DNA from: an uncultured Bacteroidota bacterium
GTDB taxonomy: Bacteria; CLD3; SB21
NCBI GenBank assembly: GCA_964602985.1
Contig: CAZRTJ010000003.1
Location: 34,293 to 98,292 of the forward strand
Length of the DNA: 64,000 nt
Reading direction: 5' to 3'
Both the position numbers and the translations under genes were made by a program. The notes under the pieces are model-generated. The model did not search any database, was not told where the DNA came from, and saw nothing but the letters and a program-made list of their open reading frames with translations. This document shows positions 37,374 to 47,187 of this stretch, piece by piece. Numbering within the stretch: the stretch's first letter is position 1; the number at the start of each line of letters is the position of its first letter.

Positions 37374-39430
37374 AATTCCCGGACGACCTTTTCTGCCAGT
37401 TTGCCACGAATCTGAAACGATTTGTCCTGTGCTCGTGGATCCCGGTCAGCGCTCTCCCACTTCCACCAGAAGAACCCCTTGCACCAGGGCTCGTCCGATA
37501 ACTCCTCGATCAGCATTCGGTATCCCTGTGCCTGACGCTCGTCCGAGACGCTTTGAGAAAAATCTTCGTCGTGAGGAGACATCAGAGCGCCTTCGATGCT
37601 GGGGAACCCCACTTCCGTCAAGACCACCGGTCGATTCCACCGGACGGAAACCGCTCGCATCGTATCCTTGATCCCCCGCAACACTTTCCGGGAGTCCCCA
37701 TCCTCTGCCGAACTCATCAAGGGGAAATAGTGCTGCACGCCAATAAAGTCCAGGTCATCCCAGAACTGAATGCGATCGTACTCTCCAAACCAATTTCCTC
37801 CAAACGTGATCGCTCCCGAATAGGCCACGCGGACATGCCGGATGATTCGTTTCCACATCTGAGTATCGGCGGTCATGTGCGGCAGCTCCACCCCCACACT
37901 CAGCGATTCCATCCCGCACAACTCGGCGATCAAAGCGTGGTAGACGATGAACTGCGAATACTGATTTTCCCACCGATCGCGGTCCGGCCCTTCCGCCACG
38001 TCGACCTCCCCACACCACTGACCGTTTCCCAACCACAGGTGAGGCTTCATCATCACATCCATGCCGCGTTCGTGGGCGTCGCGCGCCGCTTTCACCAAAC
38101 CTCCGAGGGTTTCGTCCCAGATATTCCGCAAGACAAAATGAATGTCCGGCGATCGGGCATCGGCAGAATATCCAAAGGGGGTGAGCGAAACCGCGTTCGC
38201 GCCATTTTCTTCCAGCCGCTGCAGTGACCGCGCCGACTCCTGAGATGTGTATCCGGTCTGCACGCCGTTGCTGTGCGCAAAGCAGAATCCTTTGAAGAAC
38301 GGAATTTCTGTCGCTCGCCGGACCGGTCCCTGATCCAACACTGGAGCGTCAAAATCCTCGACGAATGTCTCCGGACTCTTCCACACCGCAGATGGGTCCG
38401 CCTGTTCACGCCAGAATTCCATCGCAAGCAGATGCATCAGGAACGGATTCTGGTTCGTCTGAGGTGCGGTCAGCAGGTCGCCTTTCTTCACGAGCGACAA
38501 AAGCGGGTATTTTGTTTTCCACCAGTCTGGAGGTTTCCCATAATAGGTTCCGGCGCGCACGAATGCCAACCCGTCCGTCAGCCACGGATACTTCTGTCCG
38601 TATTGCAGAGCGGTAAAATAGATCGACAGGATTTCTTCGAACCGCGTACGCACGTGGGCATCATCGACCAGATGGATTTCCCTTCGCTCCACGTCGATGG
38701 AATATTCCATCAGATTGGCGCTCACGCGCGCTTTGGTTTCGAAGTTCGGGTACACAAAAATCCTGGGCGATGCGTCCCGGACAATCCGGGAATCCACCTG
38801 AGACAGCAAATGCTGCACACGTGCCTGCGAGAATGGAATCGGATTGCCGTAAAACGTAAACGTATTTTGTTTCGGATTCTTCCGGAATTCCGCTCGTTCC
38901 TCAAACACGTTGACGCGCACCACCCAACGCCCCACGCTGTCACCGGCGGCGTAGATTGGCTGTCCGTATTGAAAGACCAGAAGCACCTCGTCAAAGGAGC
39001 GGTACTCCGTGAACAGCGTGTGCAGAGCTCCCATCAGACTTCTCGGTCCGGACCGCGCCGATACAAATCGGATATTTCCGTTGCTGTAATGCAGAAGCGA
39101 CGCGGACTCGGCGTTCATCGAATCGCTGCCCAGAAACCACTGTCTCTCCAGGAGTCGAAATCGGGAGTTGGAATAGGTGGCGCTGTCATTGACCGTCACG
39201 ACGTGAGCCGCCGATTCAGAAAAGCGAAAAGGAAGCCCCTCGCCCCAACGCTCCATGGATCGCAGAGTACGCGTCTTCCACGAAGCCATCGAATCGGGCA
39301 CGATCAGCCGAAACTCTCGTGTCGCCTCGCCAGACTGTCCGGGACCGCACGTGGAAACTACCGTGCACACGAGAAAAGCAAAACACGAAGCGAATGAGAT
39401 CACTGCTTTACCGCCGCAAAAAGATCTCAT
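37346..39430 (-). CDS. Secreted putative glycoside hydrolase (TIM-barrel, clan GH-A-like C-terminal domain) with large N-terminal domain
   Basis: Signal peptide. C-terminal 'GVELPHM' and 'PVVLTEVGFPS' resemble the acid/base and nucleophile Glu strands of (beta/alpha)8 clan-A hydrolases. 'FFWWKWES' at the end. The family is not resolved. Confidence 0.45.
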   Translation of the reverse strand: MRSFCGGKAVISFASCFAFLVCTVVSTCGPGQSGEATREFRLIVPDSMASWKTRTLRSMERWGEGLPFRFSESAAHVVTVNDSATYSNSRFRLLERQWFLGSDSMNAESASLLHYSNGNIRFVSARSGPRSLMGALHTLFTEYRSFDEVLLVFQYGQPIYAAGDSVGRWVVRVNVFEERAEFRKNPKQNTFTFYGNPIPFSQARVQHLLSQVDSRIVRDASPRIFVYPNFETKARVSANLMEYSIDVERREIHLVDDAHVRTRFEEILSIYFTALQYGQKYPWLTDGLAFVRAGTYYGKPPDWWKTKYPLLSLVKKGDLLTAPQTNQNPFLMHLLAMEFWREQADPSAVWKSPETFVEDFDAPVLDQGPVRRATEIPFFKGFCFAHSNGVQTGYTSQESARSLQRLEENGANAVSLTPFGYSADARSPDIHFVLRNIWDETLGGLVKAARDAHERGMDVMMKPHLWLGNGQWCGEVDVAEGPDRDRWENQYSQFIVYHALIAELCGMESLSVGVELPHMTADTQMWKRIIRHVRVAYSGAITFGGNWFGEYDRIQFWDDLDFIGVQHYFPLMSSAEDGDSRKVLRGIKDTMRAVSVRWNRPVVLTEVGFPSIEGALMSPHDEDFSQSVSDERQAQGYRMLIEELSDEPWCKGFFWWKWESADRDPRAQDKSFQIRGKLAEKVVREFYRSSTRRL

Positions 39431-40973
39431 ACCGATACGTGAGCTTCTTCGTTTCCTGCGACTTGACGGGCACGTCCCACTTCAGGGAATTTTCCTGATT
39501 AATCGGAGTGCGCAGAGAAGGGATTTGTTTCACTTCGGCCTGATCGCTGACCACCAGAAGTTTGCCCGTCACTGGACGCGTAACGGACAGACGGATCTCT
39601 TTGTCCTTGGAGTTCGACACCGTCACCACGCCTTCGATCGTCACGAGATCGTAGTAGTACCCGTCCTTCTGTTTCACGTTTTCTTTGCGGTCAACTTCCT
39701 TTTCCTCGTCTTTGACGTGAATGTCCGGGGAGGTCGTGATCTTCAGGTTCACGCTCTTTTTCGGCGGCGTATAGTACAGGATATCCTGTCCCAACGCGCG
39801 GCCCCCCTGCAACGTCATACCGCTCCCTGTCGTCCAGGGATGCGGCGTTTTATTTTCCAGTCGGATGGAATGCCATACCGAATGCGGTTCCTCTTTCTTC
39901 TCGTAGTCATACTGATTGAGGCCCTTCGGCAAGTCCACTTCGTAAATGTGCGCATAGGGAACCGTTGCGGAAAAAATACTGTATTGGGCTCTTTCCCCCT
40001 TCTTGATCGTCACGCGATTCAGCTTGTAGAAGAACAAATCCTCTGTCGAGGTTCCCTCCAGCGGCTGAAAGCTGGTGTAACTGACATCTTCCGAAAACGA
40101 TTCCCCCGAACTCATCATCATCTGATTCGCCAGGACGCTGCGCTGGTACGTAGGACGGTTCTCCCCGCGGCCGGCCTGCGACAGGAAATCATTCAATCGT
40201 ATGCTCAGCGACAACGGCCACGGAACATTCTCGTACATGAAATGCGGCGCGCCGACGACAAAATTAATCTCCGCGTCTTCAATGTCCTGAATGTCATTGA
40301 TCAACGACGCGGCCAGGATGATCTGCGCATTCTTGTCATCCAGCATTTCCACGCGATAGCTGGGAATCCAGCCGATGCCATTCTGAAAATAGACCATTTC
40401 CATATTCGCGGATCCCTTGGCCCCCGCGCTCCGTATCTCCAATATCGGCTTGAAAAGGGTATCGATGTGCTCTTGGGAATACGATTCCGGAAATTCCACC
40501 CATGCATGCCACGTGGACGACACGACGTGCGTCTGCGCCGCACTCTTGATCGTCACGAGGGAACCGTTGTCATTGTCCGTAACCGCAATCAGCGTGCCTT
40601 GAAGAACGGTCTTCTCCTCATTTGGAAAGTGCCAGACGATCCGTTTGTTCAGATTGGCTCGCAGCATGTCCGCAAACGAGGTCGCCACCGTCGACTTCGG
40701 TTTTCGCTGATACATCGCGCGAACCTCGTCGATCTTCACGTTCTTGTCCTTCGTACCCACCCAGAAGGTCCCAAAGATCGCGTCTGGCAGATTCTCGATC
40801 GTAGCCTTGTCTTGCAAAAATGTCGGCGAGCCTTCGGTGGTGAAGAAGCCCACCCCATTCTTGAAGACATCGACGCGAGTTGGCTTGAATTCCTGACCCC
40901 ACGTCATCGCGGTCAGAATCATCGACATGACAATCCCACGAACCATGATATCCTCCTGTGTTAAACAACGCAA
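39408..40973 (-). CDS. DUF4139/DUF4140-like secreted protein (TIGR02231-like)
   Basis: 521 aa with a signal-like N-terminus (an alternative start is the Met at 40946). Beta-rich, Lys/Glu-rich composition. The overall pattern resembles DUF4139 proteins of Bacteroidota. Low-certainty family call. Confidence 0.4.
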   Translation of the reverse strand: MRCLTQEDIMVRGIVMSMILTAMTWGQEFKPTRVDVFKNGVGFFTTEGSPTFLQDKATIENLPDAIFGTFWVGTKDKNVKIDEVRAMYQRKPKSTVATSFADMLRANLNKRIVWHFPNEEKTVLQGTLIAVTDNDNGSLVTIKSAAQTHVVSSTWHAWVEFPESYSQEHIDTLFKPILEIRSAGAKGSANMEMVYFQNGIGWIPSYRVEMLDDKNAQIILAASLINDIQDIEDAEINFVVGAPHFMYENVPWPLSLSIRLNDFLSQAGRGENRPTYQRSVLANQMMMSSGESFSEDVSYTSFQPLEGTSTEDLFFYKLNRVTIKKGERAQYSIFSATVPYAHIYEVDLPKGLNQYDYEKKEEPHSVWHSIRLENKTPHPWTTGSGMTLQGGRALGQDILYYTPPKKSVNLKITTSPDIHVKDEEKEVDRKENVKQKDGYYYDLVTIEGVVTVSNSKDKEIRLSVTRPVTGKLLVVSDQAEVKQIPSLRTPINQENSLKWDVPVKSQETKKLTYRYEIFLRR

Positions 40974-41004
40974 TCTACAGAATCCCGGCAGTCAATACAA
41001 TCGT

Positions 41005-42942
41005 TCAGTCGCGAAGACTCCAGATCAATCCGACGCGAACTTGCTGAGGCGTCACGTCATACCCATCCAGCATGGTGAACCGTGCGCGAAGAATATTTTC
41101 GGCTTCGTAGAACAGCTGAAAGCTGGCGATGGTGGCCGTCACGCGAGTGTTCAGAATCCATCCCCCCCCGGATCGACGAGGGGCGACCATGTATACGGTC
41201 GGCAGATCCTGGTACGTGTACCCGTCATGACGACTGATCCAGCGCGCCTGCAAGATTCCTGTCATGCGGAGATGCTTTTGCAGAAAATCATGGTCGCCTC
41301 GAGCCGTGATCAAAGTCATGTACGTCGGAGTGCCCTGGTGCAGTTCCGACGGAGCCTTCATCAGAGATTGCCGGACGGTCCATAGAAATTCTCCTGACCG
41401 TACGGCAATTTCAACATCTCCCCCCATCGGACGGCCTCGGCGAGCGTTGCGCAGACGAATACGCGTGCTGTCCGAAAAATAATCGATCGGCTCCGCATAC
41501 AATCCGTTCCTCACATCGTGCACATACGCAGACACGCGCACCAGAGCGATCCTCGAACCGCGCACGTCCCAACCCGCAGTGAGACTCGCGATATGGGGAG
41601 GTGTGATCTCCGAACCAACCGAAAATCCCGTCACGCCTCCCGACAGCCAGCGATCCGTCAGATCCGGCATCGTCACGGCATACGAGGTCGACGCCCACAA
41701 TCTTCCCTGTCCGAGAGGAACCATCACTTGGCCATCAGCGGCCATACCATTCCCAAATGCATTATGGCGCTCCAACCGAATCCCGCCGGACATCCGGGCA
41801 AATCCGATCGGCCAATCCGCGCGGGCATACAGTTCCTGCGAATCCCACCGACCCCCCAACCGGGCCGATCGTACGCGATTCCACACACCGCCTCCCTGCA
41901 ACCGAACCGTGCCGACGGGCACTTGTGCATCGTACCCCACTCGCGTGAGTGACGTTTGCCATCGCGGCGCCAGAAGAGTGTCCTCGAAATCCCTCGCCTC
42001 GCGGGCCATCTGCGTGTGTGACGTGTGGAGCGTCTGTTCCCACGAACCAATTCGATGGACGATCTTCAGCCGGTACTCGTCCCGATCGTCCGTACGCCTT
42101 CCTTCCGGTGTCGTAAAATCCAGATTCTTGCTGTCGCCAAACAGATTGCGTCCATACGCATCGTACCGGTCATGCGAGGACTGACGATACGCATCGATCA
42201 GCCAATGCTCGCCGGCCAGATACGTGAGACCGCCAAACAGGACATTGCCCGTGTAACGAGTACGCTGAATGCTTCGGACAAATCCGCCGCGAAAACCCTG
42301 AATGTTCTGTTCACCGGGCGTCTCTTTGGAGGATCCTCCAAATCGAATCTGAAGATGAGGTCCGATGGGTCGACCAAAGAAAGCTCCGATATCCCCAAAT
42401 GCACTGAAGACGGATCGAAATTTCAAATGCGTGATGGCGTGATCTGCGGGAATCTGTCGAGTGATGATATTCACCGAACCACCCGCAGCGCGAGATCCGT
42501 AACGCGACACCGCACCGCCGCGCCGAATCTCAATCCGTTCGATGTTCTCCAGCGTAAGAGAATTCAGATTGGTCCACCCGACGTCGGGATCGCTCCATGG
42601 GATTCCATCCACCAGAATCAGCACGTTTCGATTCCCGAGACCGTTGAAGCTGACACTGATCGGCTTGCCATAACTGCCGAGATCGTGCACATACACACCC
42701 GTCACATTCCACAAGAGATCGGCGATGTCGCCGTGGTAGAATTTCATCAACTCGTCATGGGTGAGAACTTCAACCAGCGCCAGAGAATCCAGCGATTCGG
42801 GTCGTGCAAAGTCGACGACCGACAAGGTCGCATACCGGTCGCTCCGTGTGGAATCGGCCACTTTCATGCTGTCTGACTGCTGAGCGGTGACGCTCGCGGC
42901 CAGCCCGCAGAGCACAATCCAACGGGACCATCCGGCGGTCAT
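41005..42942 (-). CDS. TonB-dependent outer-membrane receptor
   Basis: Signal 'MTAGWSRWIVLCGLAASVTAQ'. Plug domain 'ISVSFNGLGNRNVLILVDGIPWSDPDVGWTNLNSLTLENIERIEIRRGGAVSRYGSRAAGGSVNIITR'. A long beta-barrel region. Start chosen 1 nt after the symporter stop. Confidence 0.75.
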   Translation of the reverse strand: MTAGWSRWIVLCGLAASVTAQQSDSMKVADSTRSDRYATLSVVDFARPESLDSLALVEVLTHDELMKFYHGDIADLLWNVTGVYVHDLGSYGKPISVSFNGLGNRNVLILVDGIPWSDPDVGWTNLNSLTLENIERIEIRRGGAVSRYGSRAAGGSVNIITRQIPADHAITHLKFRSVFSAFGDIGAFFGRPIGPHLQIRFGGSSKETPGEQNIQGFRGGFVRSIQRTRYTGNVLFGGLTYLAGEHWLIDAYRQSSHDRYDAYGRNLFGDSKNLDFTTPEGRRTDDRDEYRLKIVHRIGSWEQTLHTSHTQMAREARDFEDTLLAPRWQTSLTRVGYDAQVPVGTVRLQGGGVWNRVRSARLGGRWDSQELYARADWPIGFARMSGGIRLERHNAFGNGMAADGQVMVPLGQGRLWASTSYAVTMPDLTDRWLSGGVTGFSVGSEITPPHIASLTAGWDVRGSRIALVRVSAYVHDVRNGLYAEPIDYFSDSTRIRLRNARRGRPMGGDVEIAVRSGEFLWTVRQSLMKAPSELHQGTPTYMTLITARGDHDFLQKHLRMTGILQARWISRHDGYTYQDLPTVYMVAPRRSGGGWILNTRVTATIASFQLFYEAENILRARFTMLDGYDVTPQQVRVGLIWSLRD

Positions 42943-42943
42943 G

Positions 42944-44437
42944 TCAACCGCGCGAGATGAACGGTTCCCATTTTTCTTTCGGGGAAGGGGGCGTGAGAAG
43001 GCTGACACCGAACAGACAGACAAAGGCAACAACCGTGGCAGGAAGGATAATGTAATTCGTGTCCAGAATCGGTGTGGCCGATACCGCGTTGGCGACAGTG
43101 ATTCCGACCGTCACGAGCATACTCGCCATCATGGACACGACTCCGCCGAGCGGCGTGACCCGCTTCCACAAAAAGGCGGCGAGCAACACCGGCGTAATCC
43201 CCGCACCGACCATGGTGTACGCCGTAAACGCCATACTGAGGATCGTCTCAAATCGCATGGCCACTGTGAATGCCGTGATGGCGAGCGCCACGATCAACAG
43301 CCGATTCATCCGGATCACGTGCGCGGCATCCGAATTCGGTCGGAGGAATCTCTGATAAATGTCGCGCGTCAGATTCATCGCCGGCACCATCAGAAAGGTA
43401 TTGGCAGTCGACAGGATAATGGCGACCGCCGCCGCGAGGAGAAATGCGCCCGCAACGTCCGGCAGGTCAAATCGCGCCAGGTGCAGGATGATGGTCTCCG
43501 ACATCGCCGAATTCAACCCGCCTTCACCGTTCAAGAAGGCCGGGTGGTGGATGTAATGCGAACTTCCGATCACAGAAACCACGGCCAGGAGCGATTCGAT
43601 GATGACAACGCCGATTACCATTCCGATCACGGCGCGACGGGCGGTCGCGGCATCGCGGGCCGCAAAGAATTTCTGATAAATACTGCTCTCCCCCATCAGC
43701 AGGAAAAACGACGGAAGAAAGATCCCCACAAACCAGGTGAACTCATGCCCGCCGCCGACGTCAAAATACCTTTCCGGCAACGCCGCCGTAACGCCCTCCC
43801 AACCGTGATGGTCCGCGCTGAACAGCAAGAGCGGCACCGCAATCACGATCGAAGAGGTGATGATGATGCCGTTCATCAAATCCACGCTCATGATCGATAC
43901 CATCCCCGCCAGCAGCGTAAAGACGACGACCGCTCCGCACGTGATCATCGCGCCCACGAGCGGGTCCAACCCCGTCGTCGGATCCACGGGATTCGTCCGT
44001 GTCATGATATTGAGCAGCTTCCCGCCCCCTTTGAACTGATACCCGGCAATCGCCAGGTACGCAATCACGATGATCACCGTTCCCAGTACGCGGGCCGTTG
44101 CGTTGTATCGTTTCTCCAAAATGTCCGGAACTGTGTATTCCGCCAGCCGCCTCACGCGATCGGCCAGAAAATACACGACGATCAAACCCACCCAGGCTCC
44201 CGCGGAAAACCACAGAGCAGAAAATCCCTCCCGAAACGCCAGACCCGCGCCACCGAACAACGAACCCGAACCCACCCACGTGCACACGAGCGTACCGACA
44301 AGGAACCATACCGAAACGTTCCTGCCGGCCACCATGAAGTCATCCTGGGTCTTAACCCGGAAGCTCTTCCACACGCCCACCCCGATCAGGATACAAAAAT
44401 AGACCGCAATGACGATCAGATAAATCGACATGGACAA
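42944..44437 (-). CDS. Sodium:solute symporter family (SSF) transporter
   Basis: 'DFMVAGRNVSVWFLVGTLVCTWVGSGSLFGGAGLAFREG' is the SSF N-terminal signature. About 13 TM segments. Confidence 0.85.
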   Translation of the reverse strand: MSMSIYLIVIAVYFCILIGVGVWKSFRVKTQDDFMVAGRNVSVWFLVGTLVCTWVGSGSLFGGAGLAFREGFSALWFSAGAWVGLIVVYFLADRVRRLAEYTVPDILEKRYNATARVLGTVIIVIAYLAIAGYQFKGGGKLLNIMTRTNPVDPTTGLDPLVGAMITCGAVVVFTLLAGMVSIMSVDLMNGIIITSSIVIAVPLLLFSADHHGWEGVTAALPERYFDVGGGHEFTWFVGIFLPSFFLLMGESSIYQKFFAARDAATARRAVIGMVIGVVIIESLLAVVSVIGSSHYIHHPAFLNGEGGLNSAMSETIILHLARFDLPDVAGAFLLAAAVAIILSTANTFLMVPAMNLTRDIYQRFLRPNSDAAHVIRMNRLLIVALAITAFTVAMRFETILSMAFTAYTMVGAGITPVLLAAFLWKRVTPLGGVVSMMASMLVTVGITVANAVSATPILDTNYIILPATVVAFVCLFGVSLLTPPSPKEKWEPFISRG

Positions 44438-44443
44438 TCCCTG

Positions 44444-45139
44444 CTACCCAAACACTTGTTTGCGGCGAGCGTCTTCGAGTTTCTGTTTGTTAACCGCGTC
44501 CAGACCCACGATGGCGTCCAGACTCATGTATGCGGCGATTCGCACGTCCTTGTTTTCATCTTGTGACAGTTTCACCAGGGTATCGTACACGACTCGTGGA
44601 ATGCTCTCGCGCCCCCCGTAGATCACGCCCAAGCCGTCGGCACAGGCTTCCCGGAAATTCCAGTTTGGATGCGCGCACGAACGCAGTAAGAATTCTCCTG
44701 CCGTTGCGTGCCCTTCACGCGCGATGTGGACAATTCCCTCCACCGCGGCCATTCCCCGTGAATCGGAAACACCAACCGCGCATGAAAATCGACGATCCGC
44801 ATACTCCATGAGGAAATGCAGGGCATCCTGGCCTCCGATGGATCCCATGGACAATATCGCCAGTTCCTCCTCCTCCGCGGTCAAATCCCGCCCGATCATT
44901 TCCATTAACTGGGCGACGCCATCCGAGTGCCGCCACAATCCCAAGGCCTCCAGTCCGATTCGCCGGAACTCCGGATCGGCATGACGGGAAAGCGGCAACA
45001 GAATGTCGGCCAGTCTGGGATCACATTCGAGGTGGGAAATCAGATTCAGAGCGTCGATGCGCCGGTCTTTGTCCTCTCCCAGCAGATGCTCGACGATATA
45101 GGCATAGTACACATCCGATTCGCCGTAGAATTCCTCCAT
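44444..45139 (-). CDS. HEAT/PBS-lyase repeat protein
   Basis: Repeated 'D..VR..A..ALG' HEAT-like units (DPEFRRIGLEALG, NWNFREACADGLG, NKDVRIAAYMSLD). Confidence 0.55.
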   Translation of the reverse strand: MEEFYGESDVYYAYIVEHLLGEDKDRRIDALNLISHLECDPRLADILLPLSRHADPEFRRIGLEALGLWRHSDGVAQLMEMIGRDLTAEEEELAILSMGSIGGQDALHFLMEYADRRFSCAVGVSDSRGMAAVEGIVHIAREGHATAGEFLLRSCAHPNWNFREACADGLGVIYGGRESIPRVVYDTLVKLSQDENKDVRIAAYMSLDAIVGLDAVNKQKLEDARRKQVFG

Positions 45140-45148
45140 GCGAAGCGC

Positions 45149-45688
45149 TTACTTTCCGGACAGACCCAGATTGACAACCATGGTTTGCGTCAATTTCTGA
45201 ACGTCTTCCAGGGGTTCCTTGGTGCGCTTGCGGGCCCACGTCTTCCACAAGAGCACGCCTGTTTCCACGTGGACGGCTCGAACCGAGATATCCAGATTGC
45301 CTTTCTGACGCCGGGCTTTTGCGTCGCGCGAGAATTCATTGACCGTACCCAGGATGAGCGCGTCGACTTGCAACATCTTCCCCACCTTGGCGATTTTGTC
45401 CTCCGTCAAATCCGAAAGCGAAAAATCGAGTTCATCCAGGACTCGTTTGACCTGGCCCCGCTCGACCACTCGGATTCCCGTCGTGAGGAACGCCGTTTCA
45501 AAAAAATCCCGCACCGTCTCGGAGGCTCCGGGAAACTCAGTGCGGAACTGCTGCGTATTTGCGTCTACAAATGGCAAAATGGCATACGTCCGAATGGTTG
45601 CCCGATTGAGTTCTTCGGACTTCCACGTGATCGACTTGGGCGCACACCCAACTGCCAGCACCAGCCATACGACGAGACTGCGTTTCAT
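45149..45688 (-). CDS. Lipoprotein (LpoB/FlgO-like alpha/beta fold suspected)
   Basis: Lipoprotein signal 'MKRSLVVWLVLAVGC'. 'RTYAILPF...ALILGTVNEF' pattern. 179 aa. Confidence 0.45.
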   Translation of the reverse strand: MKRSLVVWLVLAVGCAPKSITWKSEELNRATIRTYAILPFVDANTQQFRTEFPGASETVRDFFETAFLTTGIRVVERGQVKRVLDELDFSLSDLTEDKIAKVGKMLQVDALILGTVNEFSRDAKARRQKGNLDISVRAVHVETGVLLWKTWARKRTKEPLEDVQKLTQTMVVNLGLSGK

Positions 45689-46303
45689 TCACTTCTCCAT
45701 CATTTCTACAATTCCAGTACGAACCATCATGACGCCGATGGCGGCGAGCAACAACGTGACAACTTTTGCAATTCCCTTCGCGCCGCTCTTGCCAACCAGA
45801 CGCAGAAGCCATGCCGAGTATCGGAGGCCAACGTAAACAATTGCCAGATTAATTACAACGGCCACCACGGTCGGGATGAGCCCATAACTGTCCAATGAGA
45901 TCAGGATCGTGGTCAGGAGGGCCGGTCCGACCAGGAGGGGAATGCCGATGGGCACGATGCCGATGCCCGCCTTCGTCTCCGTCCCTTCTGTCTCCGCGGA
46001 AACCTCGTGACTTTTCCGCTCCTCGGTGGAGAACAGCAGATCATTAATCGCCAACGCAAACAAAATGACTCCGCCTGCGATCTTGAAATCGCTCATCGTA
46101 ATACCGAGGAAATCAAACACCGCGTTGCCCATGACCAAAAAGCCCAAACTTACCAGCAACGCCGTCGCGACCGACTGTCGAAGCACACGGATTCGCTGCG
46201 TCGGAGGCGTGTTTTCCGTCAGCGCCAAATACACCGGCAGGATTCCCACAATGTCGATGGCCACAAAAATCGGAATGATCGCCAATAGGATTTGATCGAC
46301 CAT
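45689..46303 (-). CDS. marC: MarC-family (UPF0056) integral membrane protein
   Basis: 'ILLAIIPIFVAIDIVGILPVYLALT' and the repeated half 'GIGIVPIGIPLLVGPALLTTIL' match the MarC family. 204 aa. Confidence 0.8.
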   Translation of the reverse strand: MVDQILLAIIPIFVAIDIVGILPVYLALTENTPPTQRIRVLRQSVATALLVSLGFLVMGNAVFDFLGITMSDFKIAGGVILFALAINDLLFSTEERKSHEVSAETEGTETKAGIGIVPIGIPLLVGPALLTTILISLDSYGLIPTVVAVVINLAIVYVGLRYSAWLLRLVGKSGAKGIAKVVTLLLAAIGVMMVRTGIVEMMEK

Positions 46304-47187
46304 CAGAACCCTAAATTCTCGACGTGAACCATCTCCAGATGATCCAGCGGACTGCCGAGAAACCGCTCGCCGACGCGCTCAAAATTCTTTGGCAGATCGG
46401 TCACGTAGAATTCGTGCTTCGGACGATCCCGTCGTTGGGTTTCCAATTTCCCTTCGGACAGAATCGCTTTGGCCACTTTCGCGGTCTCAATACCCGAATC
46501 GACCAGATCCACGGGACGGCCCAGCAATCCGTCCATGACTCGCTGAATGGGATCCGTGAGCAGCGGATAATGCGTGCATCCCAGAACCAGCGTGTCAATG
46601 TCGGTGGTGGCAAAGACCTGAAGGTACTCTCGCGCCACGTGCTCGGCCACAGGATGATGCGTCCATCCTTCTTCGGCAAGCGGCACAAACAACGGACACG
46701 CATGCGTGATCACCTCCACGGCCGGATCCAACTCCCGAATCGTTCTCGAATACGCATCGCTGCGCACGGTCGTGTGCGTCCCGATGACTCCGACACGTCT
46801 GCCTCGCGTCTTTTCCACGGCCGCGCGCGAACCCGGGCGAATGACTCCGATCACCGGGATCCGAAACATGTCCGTGACGAAATCCAGCGCCACGGCGCTC
46901 GAGGTATTGCATCCGATCACGATCATCTTGACTCCGTGCTCCAACAAGAACAAACAACTCTGCAGGGTAAACGCCCGGATCGTCCGGTCCGACTTCGTCC
47001 CGTACGGAACGCGCGCGGTGTCCCCGATGTAAACGATCTTTTCAAACGGGAGTGTGCGCATCACCTCGCGCGCCACCGTCAGCCCTCCAATGCCGGAATC
47101 AAAAATACCAATCGGCGAATCCCACATCGGATGAGGATCTTGCTTGGGCGCTCGCTGCACCGCGGGTTCTTGTCCGAGCCTCATCAT
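46303..47187 (-). CDS. murI: Glutamate racemase MurI
   Basis: 'IGIFDSGIGGLTV', 'VIGCNTSS' (catalytic Cys) and 'LVLGCTHYPLL' (second catalytic Cys). Start chosen at the ATG overlapping the regulator stop (ATGA). Confidence 0.85.
   Translation of the reverse strand: MMRLGQEPAVQRAPKQDPHPMWDSPIGIFDSGIGGLTVAREVMRTLPFEKIVYIGDTARVPYGTKSDRTIRAFTLQSCLFLLEHGVKMIVIGCNTSSAVALDFVTDMFRIPVIGVIRPGSRAAVEKTRGRRVGVIGTHTTVRSDAYSRTIRELDPAVEVITHACPLFVPLAEEGWTHHPVAEHVAREYLQVFATTDIDTLVLGCTHYPLLTDPIQRVMDGLLGRPVDLVDSGIETAKVAKAILSEGKLETQRRDRPKHEFYVTDLPKNFERVGERFLGSPLDHLEMVHVENLGF

Noticed and set aside
39255-40964. 569-aa +strand ORF overlapping the DUF4139-like gene
   Set aside because: Strongly Arg/His-rich low-complexity translation. 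The minus-strand product has balanced composition and a signal peptide.
42887-44566. 559-aa +strand ORF overlapping the SSF symporter
   Set aside because: The translation is dominated by R/H/D/G runs. The minus-strand product has the SSF signature and about 13 TM helices.
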